In this document: positions 1-10,594 of the stretch, one piece after another
Layout of the letters: each line of letters starts with the position of its first letter
How positions within the stretch are numbered: position 1 is the stretch's first letter
Origin: an uncultured Coprobacillus sp.
GTDB lineage: Bacteria > Bacillota_I > Bacilli_A > ML615J-28 > CAG-698
Length of the DNA stretch: 64,000 nucleotides
Direction of reading: 5' to 3'
Assembly: GCA_964389905.1 (NCBI GenBank)
Contig: CAYMGD010000002.1
Location: forward strand, 84,306-148,305
Made by a program: the position numbers and the translations under genes
Notes under the pieces: model-generated
Database searches by the model: none
What the model saw: the letters and a program-made list of their open reading frames with translations, nothing else
Told to the model about the DNA's origin: nothing

Positions 1-80
1 TTTGTTTAGCAGTTTACATTTAGAAAAAATACTACTCTACTCTTTTAAAAAGCATAAAAAGCCAAGATTTCTCTTGACTT

Positions 81-1442
81 TTACTCCATTTCATATATTT
101 GATCTGCGTATGAAGACCATACAGATGATTTAACATACATAGATTTAGCACCTTTTGGAACATATATTTTTACATCAGATGTAAAGTTAAATTTTGTTCC
201 ACTAGATATCTTAATTGTATTTGGATTATATGCATAAATGTATAAATTTTCAAGAGAAGTGCATCTATTAAACGCATCACCGCTAATTGACAAATATGAT
301 TCAACAGCTTTAATTTCAATTGTTACAGTTGCATATACTTGTGGGTTAGCTTTTAAACTAACTTTTATTTCAGCAGTTCCTGTTGCCTGGGCATATATTT
401 CACCAGTATCAGAATTAACTGTTATATTTGAACTTTCTGAAGACCAAGTAACTATTGACTCATCGCCAGGATATTTTAGTGTTGTTAAAGTGATTATTTC
501 ACCTAATAACATATCTCTAGCACCTTGGATTACAAGTGGTTTATCATCGCCACCAACTGATTTTGATTCTTTTTCAGTTTCATCTAATTCATTTTCAGTT
601 TCTCTTAAAATCTTTACTGTTTCTAATCCACGGCATCCAGTAAATGCCATTTCTTTTACTGTATCTACTGTTTGAGGTATTACTAATTCTTCTAACTCAT
701 CACATTGGAAAAATGCATATTCACCTATTGTTTTTAAAGTTTTAGGAAGAGAAAGTGTCTTCATCTTACTTGTTTTTGTTGTGAAACAAAGAATTTTATT
801 ATATTGATAAAATGCATATTTACCTATTGTTGTTACTTCTTTATTATCGATCATTTCAGGTATTACAACATCTTTTTTATTGCTTATTTGTCTTAGAATA
901 GTAACAGTTTCATCACTATATGAATAATTGTAATCTTCATTTGTATAATATACTGTATCAAGCCAATTTGAATTTGGTTCGTTACCTAATTGTCCATTTG
1001 TTAATTCAATTGGATTTGTGAAGAAAATACCTTTATCATTTTGATACATATATAAATCAATTTTTTGAGAACTGCCATTAACTATAGCTTCTACTTCAGC
1101 TTTATAGTAAACTTGTTTACCACTTGTTGAAGAAAAGTCGCATTCAATTGTTTTAGTAAACTTTTCGGTTTTTAAACTATAAATACTGTCAAAATAATTA
1201 ACACTTTTTTCAGTATCATCTTGTTCATCATCAACCTGCTCACCATTGTTTTTGGCTATGAATGAGGTATACTCTTTGGAATCCTTTTCATAGAAGGTTT
1301 CAGCTATTTTTTCTAGGTTCTTACCATTTACTCCTTCAACGTATTTATCCCATATTCCTTGGATTTTACCATCCCCACAGCCTATTAAGGCTATAGCAAC
1401 TAAAATAACTAACAAAAAAGAATAAAATTTTTTATTTTTCAT
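81..1442 (-). CDS. Surface lipoprotein with BspA-type leucine-rich repeats (LRR_5) and an Ig-like (Big_2) domain
   Basis: Lipobox LIG-C after a hydrophobic N-terminus; repeats such as LSLPKTLKTIGEYAFFQCDELEELVIP; VTWSS...VNSDTGEIYAQATGTAEI Big_2-like segment. Confidence 0.8.
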   Translation of the reverse strand: MKNKKFYSFLLVILVAIALIGCGDGKIQGIWDKYVEGVNGKNLEKIAETFYEKDSKEYTSFIAKNNGEQVDDEQDDTEKSVNYFDSIYSLKTEKFTKTIECDFSSTSGKQVYYKAEVEAIVNGSSQKIDLYMYQNDKGIFFTNPIELTNGQLGNEPNSNWLDTVYYTNEDYNYSYSDETVTILRQISNKKDVVIPEMIDNKEVTTIGKYAFYQYNKILCFTTKTSKMKTLSLPKTLKTIGEYAFFQCDELEELVIPQTVDTVKEMAFTGCRGLETVKILRETENELDETEKESKSVGGDDKPLVIQGARDMLLGEIITLTTLKYPGDESIVTWSSESSNITVNSDTGEIYAQATGTAEIKVSLKANPQVYATVTIEIKAVESYLSISGDAFNRCTSLENLYIYAYNPNTIKISSGTKFNFTSDVKIYVPKGAKSMYVKSSVWSSYADQIYEME

Positions 1443-1499
1443 AATGCCTCCAATAAAAACTTATTGTCATCTTATATATTATTATACAATAAAATATGA

Positions 1500-2471
1500 T
1501 TAATTGCAACAATTAAATTTGTTTTCACATAGATATTTAAAATATCCCGCTACAGCAATCATAGCTGCATTATCAGTACAGTAAACCATTTTAGGAAATG
1601 TTAACTTAATGTTTTCCTTTTCACACGCTTCTCCTAAGCTTTCTCTTAAACCTTTGTTTGCGGCAACGCCACCTGCTACAACAATTTGATTTACCTTATA
1701 TTCTTTAGCTGCTTTAATAGTTTTATCAGTTAAAACTTTTACAACACTTGTTTGAAAAGATGCTGCTAAGTTAGGAACATCAATTGTTTCGCCTTTCATA
1801 TGGGCTTGATTAACTAGATTTAAAACTGCCGATTTTAATCCTGATAATGAAAAGTTATAACTATCTTTGTCTATGTATACAAGGGGAAGAGGATATGTTG
1901 GCACGCCTTCGTGTGCAAGTTTATCAACTTTTGCTCCTGCTGGATATTCTAAATTCATAACTCTTCCAACCTTATCGTACGCCTCGCCCACTGCATCGTC
2001 CAACGTTTCACCTAAAACTTCAAATGAGTAGTGTTCTTTCATATAAACAAGTTCAGTATGTCCTCCTGATACAACTAATGCAAGCATTGGAAAGTTAAAA
2101 TCATTTTCGATATAATTAGCATATATATGACCAACAATATGGTCAACTTCAACATATTTTAGATGATGAGCTAAAGCAAATGTTTTTGCCGCATTGATTC
2201 CTACTAAAAGGGAACCAATTAATCCTGGATGTGATGTCACAGCCACTAAGTCAATATCTTTTGGTTCGACATTTGCTTCTTTTAAAGCTTCACTAAAAAC
2301 ATATGTTATTTTCTTTAAGTGATGTCTGCTTGCAACTTCTGGAACTACTCCACCATATAATTTATGTATATCAATTTGAGTGTATATAACATTCGATAAT
2401 ACTTCTTTGCCATCTCTAACAATACTAACACTAGTCTCATCACAACTAGTTTCAACGCCTAGCACAATCAT
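1500..2471 (-). CDS. tsaD: tRNA N6-adenosine threonylcarbamoyltransferase
   Basis: LGVETSCDET, GGVVPEVASRHH, LVVSGGHT, DDAVGEAYDK and CTDNAAMIA motifs. Confidence 0.97.
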   Translation of the reverse strand: MIVLGVETSCDETSVSIVRDGKEVLSNVIYTQIDIHKLYGGVVPEVASRHHLKKITYVFSEALKEANVEPKDIDLVAVTSHPGLIGSLLVGINAAKTFALAHHLKYVEVDHIVGHIYANYIENDFNFPMLALVVSGGHTELVYMKEHYSFEVLGETLDDAVGEAYDKVGRVMNLEYPAGAKVDKLAHEGVPTYPLPLVYIDKDSYNFSLSGLKSAVLNLVNQAHMKGETIDVPNLAASFQTSVVKVLTDKTIKAAKEYKVNQIVVAGGVAANKGLRESLGEACEKENIKLTFPKMVYCTDNAAMIAVAGYFKYLCENKFNCCN

Positions 2472-2923
2472 TTTGCCACCTCGCTTAAGTTCTTGATTAA
2501 TACTTTAGCATTCTCACCATCACGATAATAATTATTACGCATATGAGAATACTTAAAACCATATTTTTCGTATAAATTTATTGCTTTAACATTGTGTTCT
2601 CTAACTTCTAAACTGATGTTAGGAACATTCACGCTTTTAATTAGTTCAATAACAAACTCTAATAGCATACTACCAAACCCATTCCCTTGATATTCTTCAA
2701 GAATAAAGAAATTAATAATCTCCGAATGGCTTTCTTCTATCCACGTTCCTATGTACCCCGCAAACTTTTTATTGACTTCTAAAACAAAATAAAAGGCATA
2801 TGGATTAGCTTTTAGTTCAGTATATAGCATATCTGATCCTAGCGAATCTCCAAATATTTTTGTTTCACCCTTGATAACATCATCAATGTCATCTATTGTC
2901 ATAGGTCTTATTTCGTATTTCAT
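2468..2923 (-). CDS. rimI: Ribosomal protein alanine N-acetyltransferase (GNAT)
   Basis: YQGNGFGS acetyl-CoA motif and LEVREHNVKAINLYEKYGF...RNNYY; canonical position between tsaB and tsaD. Confidence 0.9.
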   Translation of the reverse strand: MKYEIRPMTIDDIDDVIKGETKIFGDSLGSDMLYTELKANPYAFYFVLEVNKKFAGYIGTWIEESHSEIINFFILEEYQGNGFGSMLLEFVIELIKSVNVPNISLEVREHNVKAINLYEKYGFKYSHMRNNYYRDGENAKVLIKNLSEVAK

Positions 2924-3507
2924 GAATTGGCCTTTCGTAAATAATTAGGAACTAATTCATGAACATTATCAACTAGTTTTGCTTCACGAATTATTTCGTC
3001 TTCATCAAGCTTATATTCTTCGATCTTTTGAGCTTCATATGATAATATCATTTTTTCAGCTTCGACATTTGCTATAAACATATCGTCTTCTAAAACTTCA
3101 ACATTATTATTCTTTGACGAAAAAATCTTCATATATGAATAATCTTTTTTAGCTTTTGTTATCACAGCAAACTTACCTTCTTCTTTGTAATATCCGCTTC
3201 CTAGTAGTGATAAACTACTAATAGTGTAAAGTGGAATGTCCAAAGTATAACTTGCCATCTTTCCAACAACCATGGCAATTCTTAAACCTGTATATGAGCC
3301 AGGGCCTTGACCAATGACAATGCGGTCAAAAGAAGCTAGTTCTATTTTGTTTTCGTTTAAACCTTCTTCGATTACTTTCAAAAGATTTTCAGAATGATTG
3401 TTATGACTAATCATATCTTTGGCATAAAATACTTTATTATCCATTTGGTCATCATAAAATCTAACAAACAAAAAATCAGTTGCTGTATCTAATATTAATA
3501 CTTTCAT
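2920..3507 (-). CDS. tsaB: tRNA threonylcarbamoyladenosine biosynthesis protein TsaB
   Basis: LILDTAT, HSENLL, GQGPGSYTGLRI and C-terminal PNYLR. Confidence 0.95.
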   Translation of the reverse strand: MKVLILDTATDFLFVRFYDDQMDNKVFYAKDMISHNNHSENLLKVIEEGLNENKIELASFDRIVIGQGPGSYTGLRIAMVVGKMASYTLDIPLYTISSLSLLGSGYYKEEGKFAVITKAKKDYSYMKIFSSKNNNVEVLEDDMFIANVEAEKMILSYEAQKIEEYKLDEDEIIREAKLVDNVHELVPNYLRKANS

Positions 3508-3517
3508 TTATTTCACC

Positions 3518-3964
3518 TTATAAACTCTCAATTAGTTTTATATATTCTGAAGCATCACTTTCAAGACTTACTACTCTAGTACCATCTACTTCAATAGCAA
3601 TATTAATATCTAATCTTTCTTCAGGAAGTAGTTTATCTATGTTATTAGCCCATTCAATAACACATACTCCTCCTAAATCAAAATACTCTTCAAGATATTC
3701 ATCACCAGATTCATTGTTGATACGATAAACATCCATATGATATAAATCTAGTTTGCCTTCGTATGTTTTCATAATAGTAAAAGTTGGACTATTGATTATC
3801 CTAGGAATTTCAAGGGCTTTTCCTATGCCTTTAGTCATAGTTGTTTTCCCTGCACCTAAATCGCCTTCCATAGTTATTATCATATTTGGAAAAGCTTTTA
3901 GACCTATTTTATATCCTAACTCCACCATATCATCATGAGTTAGTATTTTTATTTGTTTCTTCAT
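3518..3964 (-). CDS. tsaE: tRNA threonylcarbamoyladenosine biosynthesis ATPase
   Basis: GDLGAGKT, SPTF, HMDVYR and IEWA motifs. Confidence 0.97.
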   Translation of the reverse strand: MKKQIKILTHDDMVELGYKIGLKAFPNMIITMEGDLGAGKTTMTKGIGKALEIPRIINSPTFTIMKTYEGKLDLYHMDVYRINNESGDEYLEEYFDLGGVCVIEWANNIDKLLPEERLDINIAIEVDGTRVVSLESDASEYIKLIESL

Positions 3965-4090
3965 TGTTTTGCCTCTTTTTTATAAATTATATCACAATAT
4001 CATTAGAAAAGAAAGATTATTTTTTATTTATTGATAGATTATTTCTTGTTAATTTTAAGGATTAATTTATATTCATTTTATAAATTAACA

Positions 4091-4109
4091 AAAGGGCTTT
4101 ACGCCCTTA
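4091..4109 (-). terminator. Short intrinsic terminator after the amidase gene
   Basis: AAGGGC-tttac-GCCCTT hairpin; the A-run on + gives a U-tail on -. Confidence 0.55.
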
Positions 4110-4111
4110 TA

Positions 4112-4759
4112 TTAATTGTTTAAATAACTCACAATTCCTATTGCAATTGCATTAGCTATTTTCCTTTGATATTCACTATTTTTAAGTAATTGTAGTTCAT
4201 CTTTATTAGATAGAAATCCTACCTCAACAATACAACCTTGTGTCTTTGTGTTGATAAGCAAATATTTCTCCTTAATTTCTAGTTCTTGTCTACTAGTTCC
4301 GATCATTTCTTTTAGAACATTTTGGATGTTTGCAGCTAGCTGTTTATTTTTACTTCCATAATAGAATACTTGTGCCCCTTTAGTGTTGCTATCAGTGTAT
4401 TCATTAGTATGGATAGAAACAAATAAGTTTGATTTGTTGAGCAGTTCACACCTTTTGTCCAGATCATCTCTTTTATGATTTGTTGAGGATTTATTTGCCA
4501 AGTCATAATCGCCAGCTCGCGTTACTTTTACAACATATCCCATTGTTTCTAATTCATCACGAAGAGCAAGAGAAATCTGCAAATTAATATCTTTTTCTTT
4601 TGTTCCATCGTATGCTTCACAACCACCATCAATCCCGCCGTGTCCAGGATCAATATAAATTACATCTTCGCTATTTTCCTTGCCTAAACTAGTAATCGTT
4701 ATCCCACAACAGAAAACTAAAAATATTTCTATCCATTTTATCATATAATCACCTAACAT
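4112..4759 (-). CDS. N-acetylmuramoyl-L-alanine amidase (Amidase_3), CwlD-like
   Basis: IDPGHGGIDGG, EKDINL, TRAGDYDLA...KRDDLDKR, SIHTN, GAQVFY and VEVGFLSN; the DYDLA/KR.DL..R segment resembles the germination amidase CwlD. Confidence 0.85.
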   Translation of the reverse strand: MLGDYMIKWIEIFLVFCCGITITSLGKENSEDVIYIDPGHGGIDGGCEAYDGTKEKDINLQISLALRDELETMGYVVKVTRAGDYDLANKSSTNHKRDDLDKRCELLNKSNLFVSIHTNEYTDSNTKGAQVFYYGSKNKQLAANIQNVLKEMIGTSRQELEIKEKYLLINTKTQGCIVEVGFLSNKDELQLLKNSEYQRKIANAIAIGIVSYLNN

Positions 4760-4790
4760 ATTATATTAGGTTACCTAATCAGTTATGAAA

Positions 4791-6086
4791 TTACTTTCTA
4801 AGTAATGCCATCATATTTTTCTTATATTCTTCTACGCCTTCTTGATTAAAAGGATTTACATCTAATATGTATCCACTAACTCCACAAGAGAACATAAAGA
4901 AGTATAATAAATATCCTATGTAATATTCATTAATCTCTTTAATTGATAATTTGATATTAGGAACATTTCCAGAAATATGAGCTTTTATTACACCTTCTGT
5001 GGTTTGTTTCTTTATATAAGAAATTCTCTTATCTGATAGATAGTTTAATCCATCAATATTTTGAGATGAATAATTAATAACTGGATCCTTATCAAAATAA
5101 GCTTTCTTTTGAGATACCTCAGTTGTTTCAATAACTGTTTCAAAAATGTTTCTTATACCATCTTGCACATATTGGCCTAATGAATGCAAATCAGTTGAAT
5201 AAACTAAAGATACAGGGAATATTCCTTTATGGTTTTTACCTTCACTTTCCCCAAATAACTGTTTCCACCATTCTCCAAAGTTTTTTGCTTTTGGTTCATA
5301 AGTAACTAATGCTTCGATTGTTTTGTTTTCGTTATATAGTATATTTCTTAATGAAGCATATATTAAAGCATCGTTCTCAAAATATGGTAATGTTGAACAT
5401 TCAATATAACTATTGATAGCGCCATGAACAAATTCTAAAATGTTATATCCTGCAAAAGCTAGTGGGAGAAGACCAACAGCAGTAAATACTGAATATCTTC
5501 CTCCTATATCACTAGGAATAAAAAATTCTTGATAACCATTTGCTTGAGCTTCTTCGTGTAAGAGACTATCATTTTTAGATGTAGTTACAAATATTCTTTC
5601 ATTGTATTTAGCGCCATATTTGCTTTTAAGTAATTCTTTTACTAAACGAAAAGCAATTGCTGGTTCCAATGTTTTTCCTGATTTGGAAACAACATTTACA
5701 CAGAAATCAACACTTTCTAAATAATTCAATGTTTCTCCGATATATTCAGAAGAAATGTTATTGCCTAAGAATATTATTTTACTTTTTTGATAATAGCCAT
5801 CTAATAAATCAATAATAGCTCTAGCGCCCAAATATGATCCACCTATGCCAATAACTACTAAATAATCACCATAAGTTTTCATTTTATCTGCTGTTTCATT
5901 TATAACATCTAAATCATATTCCGTTATTTTTGTAGGGTAATCTACCCAACCTGTAAAATCATTTCCTTGGCCATCTTTGTTTATTAGGCTATCTTTAGCT
6001 TTGATTACGTTCTCTTCATTTAAAGCAATTAGATTTGTAAGTCTATCCTTGTTTAATGATTCATATTGTAATTTAATCTCTTTCAT
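4791..6086 (-). CDS. pgi: Glucose-6-phosphate isomerase
   Basis: VIGIGGSYLGA, SKSGKTLEP, IGGRYSV, QLFGESEGK, DLHSLGQ and NPFNQEGVEEYK. Confidence 0.97.
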   Translation of the reverse strand: MKEIKLQYESLNKDRLTNLIALNEENVIKAKDSLINKDGQGNDFTGWVDYPTKITEYDLDVINETADKMKTYGDYLVVIGIGGSYLGARAIIDLLDGYYQKSKIIFLGNNISSEYIGETLNYLESVDFCVNVVSKSGKTLEPAIAFRLVKELLKSKYGAKYNERIFVTTSKNDSLLHEEAQANGYQEFFIPSDIGGRYSVFTAVGLLPLAFAGYNILEFVHGAINSYIECSTLPYFENDALIYASLRNILYNENKTIEALVTYEPKAKNFGEWWKQLFGESEGKNHKGIFPVSLVYSTDLHSLGQYVQDGIRNIFETVIETTEVSQKKAYFDKDPVINYSSQNIDGLNYLSDKRISYIKKQTTEGVIKAHISGNVPNIKLSIKEINEYYIGYLLYFFMFSCGVSGYILDVNPFNQEGVEEYKKNMMALLRK

Positions 6087-6098
6087 AAAGAGCCTCCG

Positions 6099-6524
6099 TT
6101 ATTGATTATTTTTTTCTGGTAAAGTAGGACAAAAAACGTAAATTGCCACACCAAGTCCAACAAGAAATACTATTAGCCCAACCGTATCAAGTCTAAATAT
6201 CCATAAAAAGACAGATCCTAATACAAGCGTAATAGCACTTATTATTACTTTAGCAAGCAATTTTCCTTTTATATATTTTCCTGAGGTATATTCTCTTATT
6301 ATCGTTCCCGAACATAATATACCATTAAAACAATAAAAGAAAATCATATAGCGATAAAAAGTTGATTTTTCTAAATTTTCTTCTCTAAAAAATACTAAAA
6401 CAAGGATGCAAATTAAAGTAATTCCGATAAGACAATATTTATATATTTTCTCGCCAAGCATTCGTCTTTTTTCAAATTCTTCTTGGTTTATTTTATTGTT
6501 ATCAAGATTATCATTTTTATTCAA
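6099..6524 (-). CDS. Hypothetical 4-TM membrane protein
   Basis: Four hydrophobic helices; start moved to TTG at 6524 (GGGGTGG RBS-like sequence, overlaps the nifU stop) instead of the track start at 6656. Confidence 0.6.
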   Translation of the reverse strand: MNKNDNLDNNKINQEEFEKRRMLGEKIYKYCLIGITLICILVLVFFREENLEKSTFYRYMIFFYCFNGILCSGTIIREYTSGKYIKGKLLAKVIISAITLVLGSVFLWIFRLDTVGLIVFLVGLGVAIYVFCPTLPEKNNQ

Positions 6525-6759
6525 TATTTTCCACCCCAATAACACCTTCCACTTCAGCAAGTAAAATTGATTCGATACAGTCTTTAATTGTTGAGTCAAT
6601 GCTTCCACAGCCAACACATGCACCAAGCATACGAATGTAAACAATGCCTTCTTCAAACTTCACAAATTCAGCATCTCCACCATCTCCTTGTAAGTATGGT
6701 CTAATGCGATTTAATATATTTTTTATCTTTGTTTCAATTTCAACACTCTTTTGTTTCAT
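6517..6759 (-). CDS. NifU-like Fe-S cluster scaffold domain protein
   Basis: IRPYLQGDGGD...GACVGC (CxxC). Confidence 0.92.
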   Translation of the reverse strand: MKQKSVEIETKIKNILNRIRPYLQGDGGDAEFVKFEEGIVYIRMLGACVGCGSIDSTIKDCIESILLAEVEGVIGVENIE

Positions 6760-6917
6760 TTTTACATCTCCTAATTTCTTCTTATAAATTATACCACATT
6801 TTGGATTTATAGTAAATAGAAATAGTTTGCTTATTTGTTTATTATTTTTTTTATTTTTGACTTTTTTCGATATTTCTTATTATTTTAGAATTTATAATTA
6901 ATAGTATTTGGATATAT

Positions 6918-6944
6918 TAAAAACTCTCCGCAGAGAGTTTTTAA
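6918..6944. terminator. Intrinsic terminator after the ABC transporter operon
   Basis: AAAAACTCTC-cgca-GAGAGTTTTT perfect hairpin. Confidence 0.8.
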
Positions 6945-6951
6945 AGGGGTT

Positions 6952-7689
6952 TTATAAATTATTATATCTTTTAAGAAATTGTTTAGTTTTTTCTTCTTGA
7001 GGATTTGAAAAAAGCTCATAAGAAGTATTTGCTTCGATTATCTTCCCTTCACTCATAAAGATAACTTTACTAGCAACATCCCTAGCAAAAGCCATTTCAT
7101 GAGTAACAACTAACATTGTCACACCACTTTTAGAGAGCATTTTTATAACTTCTAACACTTCACCTACCATTTCAGGATCTAAGGCACTTGTTGGTTCGTC
7201 GAATAGTAACACCTTCGGATTCATACACAAAGCTCTGGCGATAGCCACCCTTTGTTTTTGTCCACCAGATAGTTTTTTAGTATCAGCATATACAAAGTCT
7301 GCCATACCTACTTTTGATAGATAGTTTATAGCTGTTTCTTCAGCATCTTTTTGATTTTTCTTTAGTACTTTTGTTTGAGAAATAGTACAGTTTTTTAAAA
7401 CATTCATATTTTCAAACAAATTAAATGATTGAAAAACCATACCAATATCCTTCCTAATATCATTTATATTTATTTCAGTTATATCTTTTCCATTAAATAA
7501 AATATTTCCTTCATCAGGTTGTTCTAAAAGATTTAAACATCTTAAGAAAGTTGATTTACCTGAGCCTGATGGTCCAATAATAGCTATAACATCTCCTAAA
7601 TATACACTTAAATCTATTCCTTTTAGAACTTCCATTTGGTCAAATGTTTTTTTTAGATTTTGTACTTCAATTATTCTTTGTTCATTCAT
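6952..7689 (-). CDS. Polar amino-acid ABC transporter ATP-binding protein (GlnQ family)
   Basis: [27 protein letters not shown] and VTHEM. Confidence 0.95.
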   Translation of the reverse strand: MNEQRIIEVQNLKKTFDQMEVLKGIDLSVYLGDVIAIIGPSGSGKSTFLRCLNLLEQPDEGNILFNGKDITEININDIRKDIGMVFQSFNLFENMNVLKNCTISQTKVLKKNQKDAEETAINYLSKVGMADFVYADTKKLSGGQKQRVAIARALCMNPKVLLFDEPTSALDPEMVGEVLEVIKMLSKSGVTMLVVTHEMAFARDVASKVIFMSEGKIIEANTSYELFSNPQEEKTKQFLKRYNNL

Positions 7690-7698
7690 ATTTATCTC

Positions 7699-8796
7699 CT
7701 AGTTACAACTTGGCAATGGTTTAGTAACCAAATTCATTTTCTTTTCTATCTTTTGTAATAATTTTGATATACCATATGTTAATGCTAAATAGATAACTGC
7801 GGAAATAAATATTCCATCTTGACTAGCACTTTTTTTGTTTATAGCATCTATTACAAAGAATAAGTCCATTACCGATATAACACTTAAAACCGAAGTATCT
7901 TTTATATTTATAATAAATTCATTACAAATTGATGGTAATGAGTTTTTTACCCCTTGAGGTAAAATAACATATCGCATAGCTTTTCCTCTTGACATACCTA
8001 AGCTTCGAGCCGCTTCCATTTGTCCTTTGTTTAAAGATTCAATACCTCCCCGAAGAACTTCAGTTAGGTAAGCTGTTGTATTTAAAGTTACTGTGATAAA
8101 ACCAGCAATTTCTACAGATAAAATATTATTTATTGTCTGTTGACTAACACTAAATAAACTAGCAAGAAGTCCTGGAAGGAAATAATAAATGATAATAGCT
8201 TGCACCATCATTGGTGTTCCTCTAAATACCGTAACATATATCTTCACAAAACTTTGACCAATTTTTTTGAGGAAAGATACTAATTCATTATCTTGAGGAT
8301 TTATCTCAAGAGTTCTTAAAGATATAAATAATAAGGCAATTACTAGACCAACTACTGTACCTGCTAAACTTAACCATAATGTTGTAAATATACCATTTAG
8401 TATTGATTTATAGTTTTTGAGGCAAATATAAGCTAAACGTAAGTTTAAAGGATCTAAAGATGTTGGTCTATTTTCCATTTGTGTAACAGTAACAAAACTA
8501 CGTACTATTTCTAAAATAATTGCATCAAATGCTATTACTATACTTATTCCTAATACCAATATATATAGTATTCTTTTGATATCTTTGTATTTTTTTGTAA
8601 TAAGAAATATAATTTCTAAAATTATTAATAAACTAGATATAGCCATTAAAATTATTCCTGAAATATTTGAGGAAAAGATTCTAATTCCTGATAACGATTT
8701 ATTATATATCACCAAGCCATAAATGAATATTATACAGGAAAGTAAAAGATATATACAATTTTCATATCTTATTTTTTTACTTAAGATTTTTTTCAT
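7699..8796 (-). CDS. Polar amino-acid ABC transporter permease with an extra N-terminal TM region
   Basis: FRGTPMMVQ, EAARSLGM (EAA loop) and NIKDTS. Confidence 0.93.
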   Translation of the reverse strand: MKKILSKKIRYENCIYLLLSCIIFIYGLVIYNKSLSGIRIFSSNISGIILMAISSLLIILEIIFLITKKYKDIKRILYILVLGISIVIAFDAIILEIVRSFVTVTQMENRPTSLDPLNLRLAYICLKNYKSILNGIFTTLWLSLAGTVVGLVIALLFISLRTLEINPQDNELVSFLKKIGQSFVKIYVTVFRGTPMMVQAIIIYYFLPGLLASLFSVSQQTINNILSVEIAGFITVTLNTTAYLTEVLRGGIESLNKGQMEAARSLGMSRGKAMRYVILPQGVKNSLPSICNEFIINIKDTSVLSVISVMDLFFVIDAINKKSASQDGIFISAVIYLALTYGISKLLQKIEKKMNLVTKPLPSCN

Positions 8797-9602
8797 TAGT
8801 TAGAATTCCTCGCAATAGCTTCTTCCATTAAAGTATTTCTTTCAGTTTCTGTTATGTCATTTAAGATACTATTGATTTGTTCTTGAAGTGTATTTTCATT
8901 TTTTCTAATAGCAATAGCCACGCATACATCTTCATCTGAAACGTTAAAACCTTCTTCTAATTTTATATAAGTTAAGTGAGGATTTGTTTGAATTACTCCC
9001 TTAGCAACTGGTTCTTCTAAAATTGTTATATCCGCTCTTTTTGAAGTAATACTTGTAATAATTGTTGGAACATCGCCAAGTGGTGTTAAATGATTAACAT
9101 TAACTAATTGTTCAATTAAATCATCATAAAGAGTTTCTTTTTGACCAATTACATTTGCTCCAGCAAAATCATTTAATGTTTTTCCATTTACGTACTCTGA
9201 ATCACTAGCCATAACTAAAACATGTGTTGAACGATAATATGATGATGTAAAATCAACATTAGCTCTTCTTTCTTCTGTATCACTCATACCAGCAATAATC
9301 GCATCAATTTGCCCTGATTCTAAAGCTGAAGTTAATCCTCCAAAATCAATAGCTTTTATAACAAGTTTTCGATTGAGCTTTTCAGAAATTATCTTAGCAA
9401 TTTGTACATCATATCCTTCAGCATATAAATTACTATTATATATAGGATAATTTGTATCTGTTTTTACGCTTTCTGTCCAGTTGAATGGAGCATATCCACA
9501 TTCCATCCCAACAATAAATGTTTCCTCAGTTTCTCCTTCATCACAACCAATCAATAAAACTAAAGCTAGTATTGCTACAAGCATTGATAAAAATTTTTTC
9601 AT
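8796..9602 (-). CDS. Amino-acid ABC transporter substrate-binding lipoprotein, probably lysine
   Basis: Lipobox LIGC; GMECGYAPFNW and IIAGMSDTEER (SBP_bac_3); lysine riboswitch upstream. Confidence 0.9.
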   Translation of the reverse strand: MKKFLSMLVAILALVLLIGCDEGETEETFIVGMECGYAPFNWTESVKTDTNYPIYNSNLYAEGYDVQIAKIISEKLNRKLVIKAIDFGGLTSALESGQIDAIIAGMSDTEERRANVDFTSSYYRSTHVLVMASDSEYVNGKTLNDFAGANVIGQKETLYDDLIEQLVNVNHLTPLGDVPTIITSITSKRADITILEEPVAKGVIQTNPHLTYIKLEEGFNVSDEDVCVAIAIRKNENTLQEQINSILNDITETERNTLMEEAIARNSN

Positions 9603-9631
9603 ATATAGTCTCCTTTATAAAATATTCTAAC

Positions 9632-9654
9632 AAAAAAAGCGCCATTTAGCGCTC
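9632..9654 (-). terminator. Riboswitch-controlled terminator (expression platform)
   Basis: On -: GAGCGCTAAATGGCGC followed by T7, between the aptamer and the start codon. Confidence 0.7.
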
Positions 9655-9682
9655 AAAAATAATCAAAAACATACAATTAATT

Positions 9683-9842
9683 ATTAGCGCCTCTACAATA
9701 AAATTGTAGGAGTGTTATGACTATTAGTTCATAACCCCACAATAGATAAATGCCTTTATCTATCGTTCGGCGATGGTTACCTTTCCTATGCTTCACAGGA
9801 TGCCTCCTCAACATAGTACTAATCTGCATCGCTACCTCTATT
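9683..9842 (-). ncRNA. Lysine riboswitch (L-box)
   Basis: Minus strand reads AGAGGTAGCG..AGTA..GAAAGG..CGCCGAA..TGGGG..AATAG..GAGGCGCTA, the L-box consensus elements in order, upstream of an amino-acid transporter. Confidence 0.9.
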
Positions 9843-9922
9843 CTTTTTTTGTTACTGAAATTATATCATTAATAATTTACGTATTCAAGAAAAAAAATAA
9901 TGAAAACGTATAAACTTGTTTC

Positions 9923-10516
9923 TCAATTTGTATATATTATTCCATTAGGAACTTCTCCTTCAAGGATAATCATTGCTACAGGAATATGCGTTACAACTTC
10001 ATAAACTTGATTATTTAAAGGTATTAAAGCTTCAATGTTTACTTTTGCAACAATATTTACTTGAATAAGACTATTATTAATGCCATATTCCTCCACTTTT
10101 GATTCGATATCAGTTACATAAGAGCTTATAGGTCTAATCTTTATATTTAGTCCTATTTGAGAATCACCAAATAAAACTTCACTAAAGATTATACCTAATG
10201 GTATACTAATTTCATTATATTTGTAATTATTAATATTTGTTGATAACTCTTCATTTACTTCTTTTAAAATCTTATTTATTTCTTTCGTATCTAAATATCC
10301 TTCTTTATTCTTAAATATATTATCCAAAGTCATAAGATTTAAAACATTATCATTAATTGCATTAGTTATTGTCTGGCTTGCACTTGTTATTGCCATTTGC
10401 CTAACATAAACTTTTACTCTTTCACTAAAATATCCTGAAATAAAAGATACTAATAATATCAATATTACTAATAATAGTATTATTCTTATTTTTAATTTAA
10501 TTCTTTTTTTCTTCAT
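9923..10516 (-). CDS. yunB: Sporulation protein YunB
   Basis: N-terminal TM, then ISIPLG...IKIRPI...EEYGINNS...GEVPN, the YunB family pattern. Confidence 0.8.
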   Translation of the reverse strand: MKKKRIKLKIRIILLLVILILLVSFISGYFSERVKVYVRQMAITSASQTITNAINDNVLNLMTLDNIFKNKEGYLDTKEINKILKEVNEELSTNINNYKYNEISIPLGIIFSEVLFGDSQIGLNIKIRPISSYVTDIESKVEEYGINNSLIQVNIVAKVNIEALIPLNNQVYEVVTHIPVAMIILEGEVPNGIIYTN

Positions 10517-10594
10517 ATTAAATTATATAAATATTTTACTTTAAAATATGTATATAAAATATTATTTTTAAAAGAATATATTTGAGGTGAAAAA

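Noticed and set aside
6525-6656. Long N-terminal extension of ORF 6099-6656
   Set aside because: It overlaps nifU in another frame; a TTG start at 6524 is more plausible
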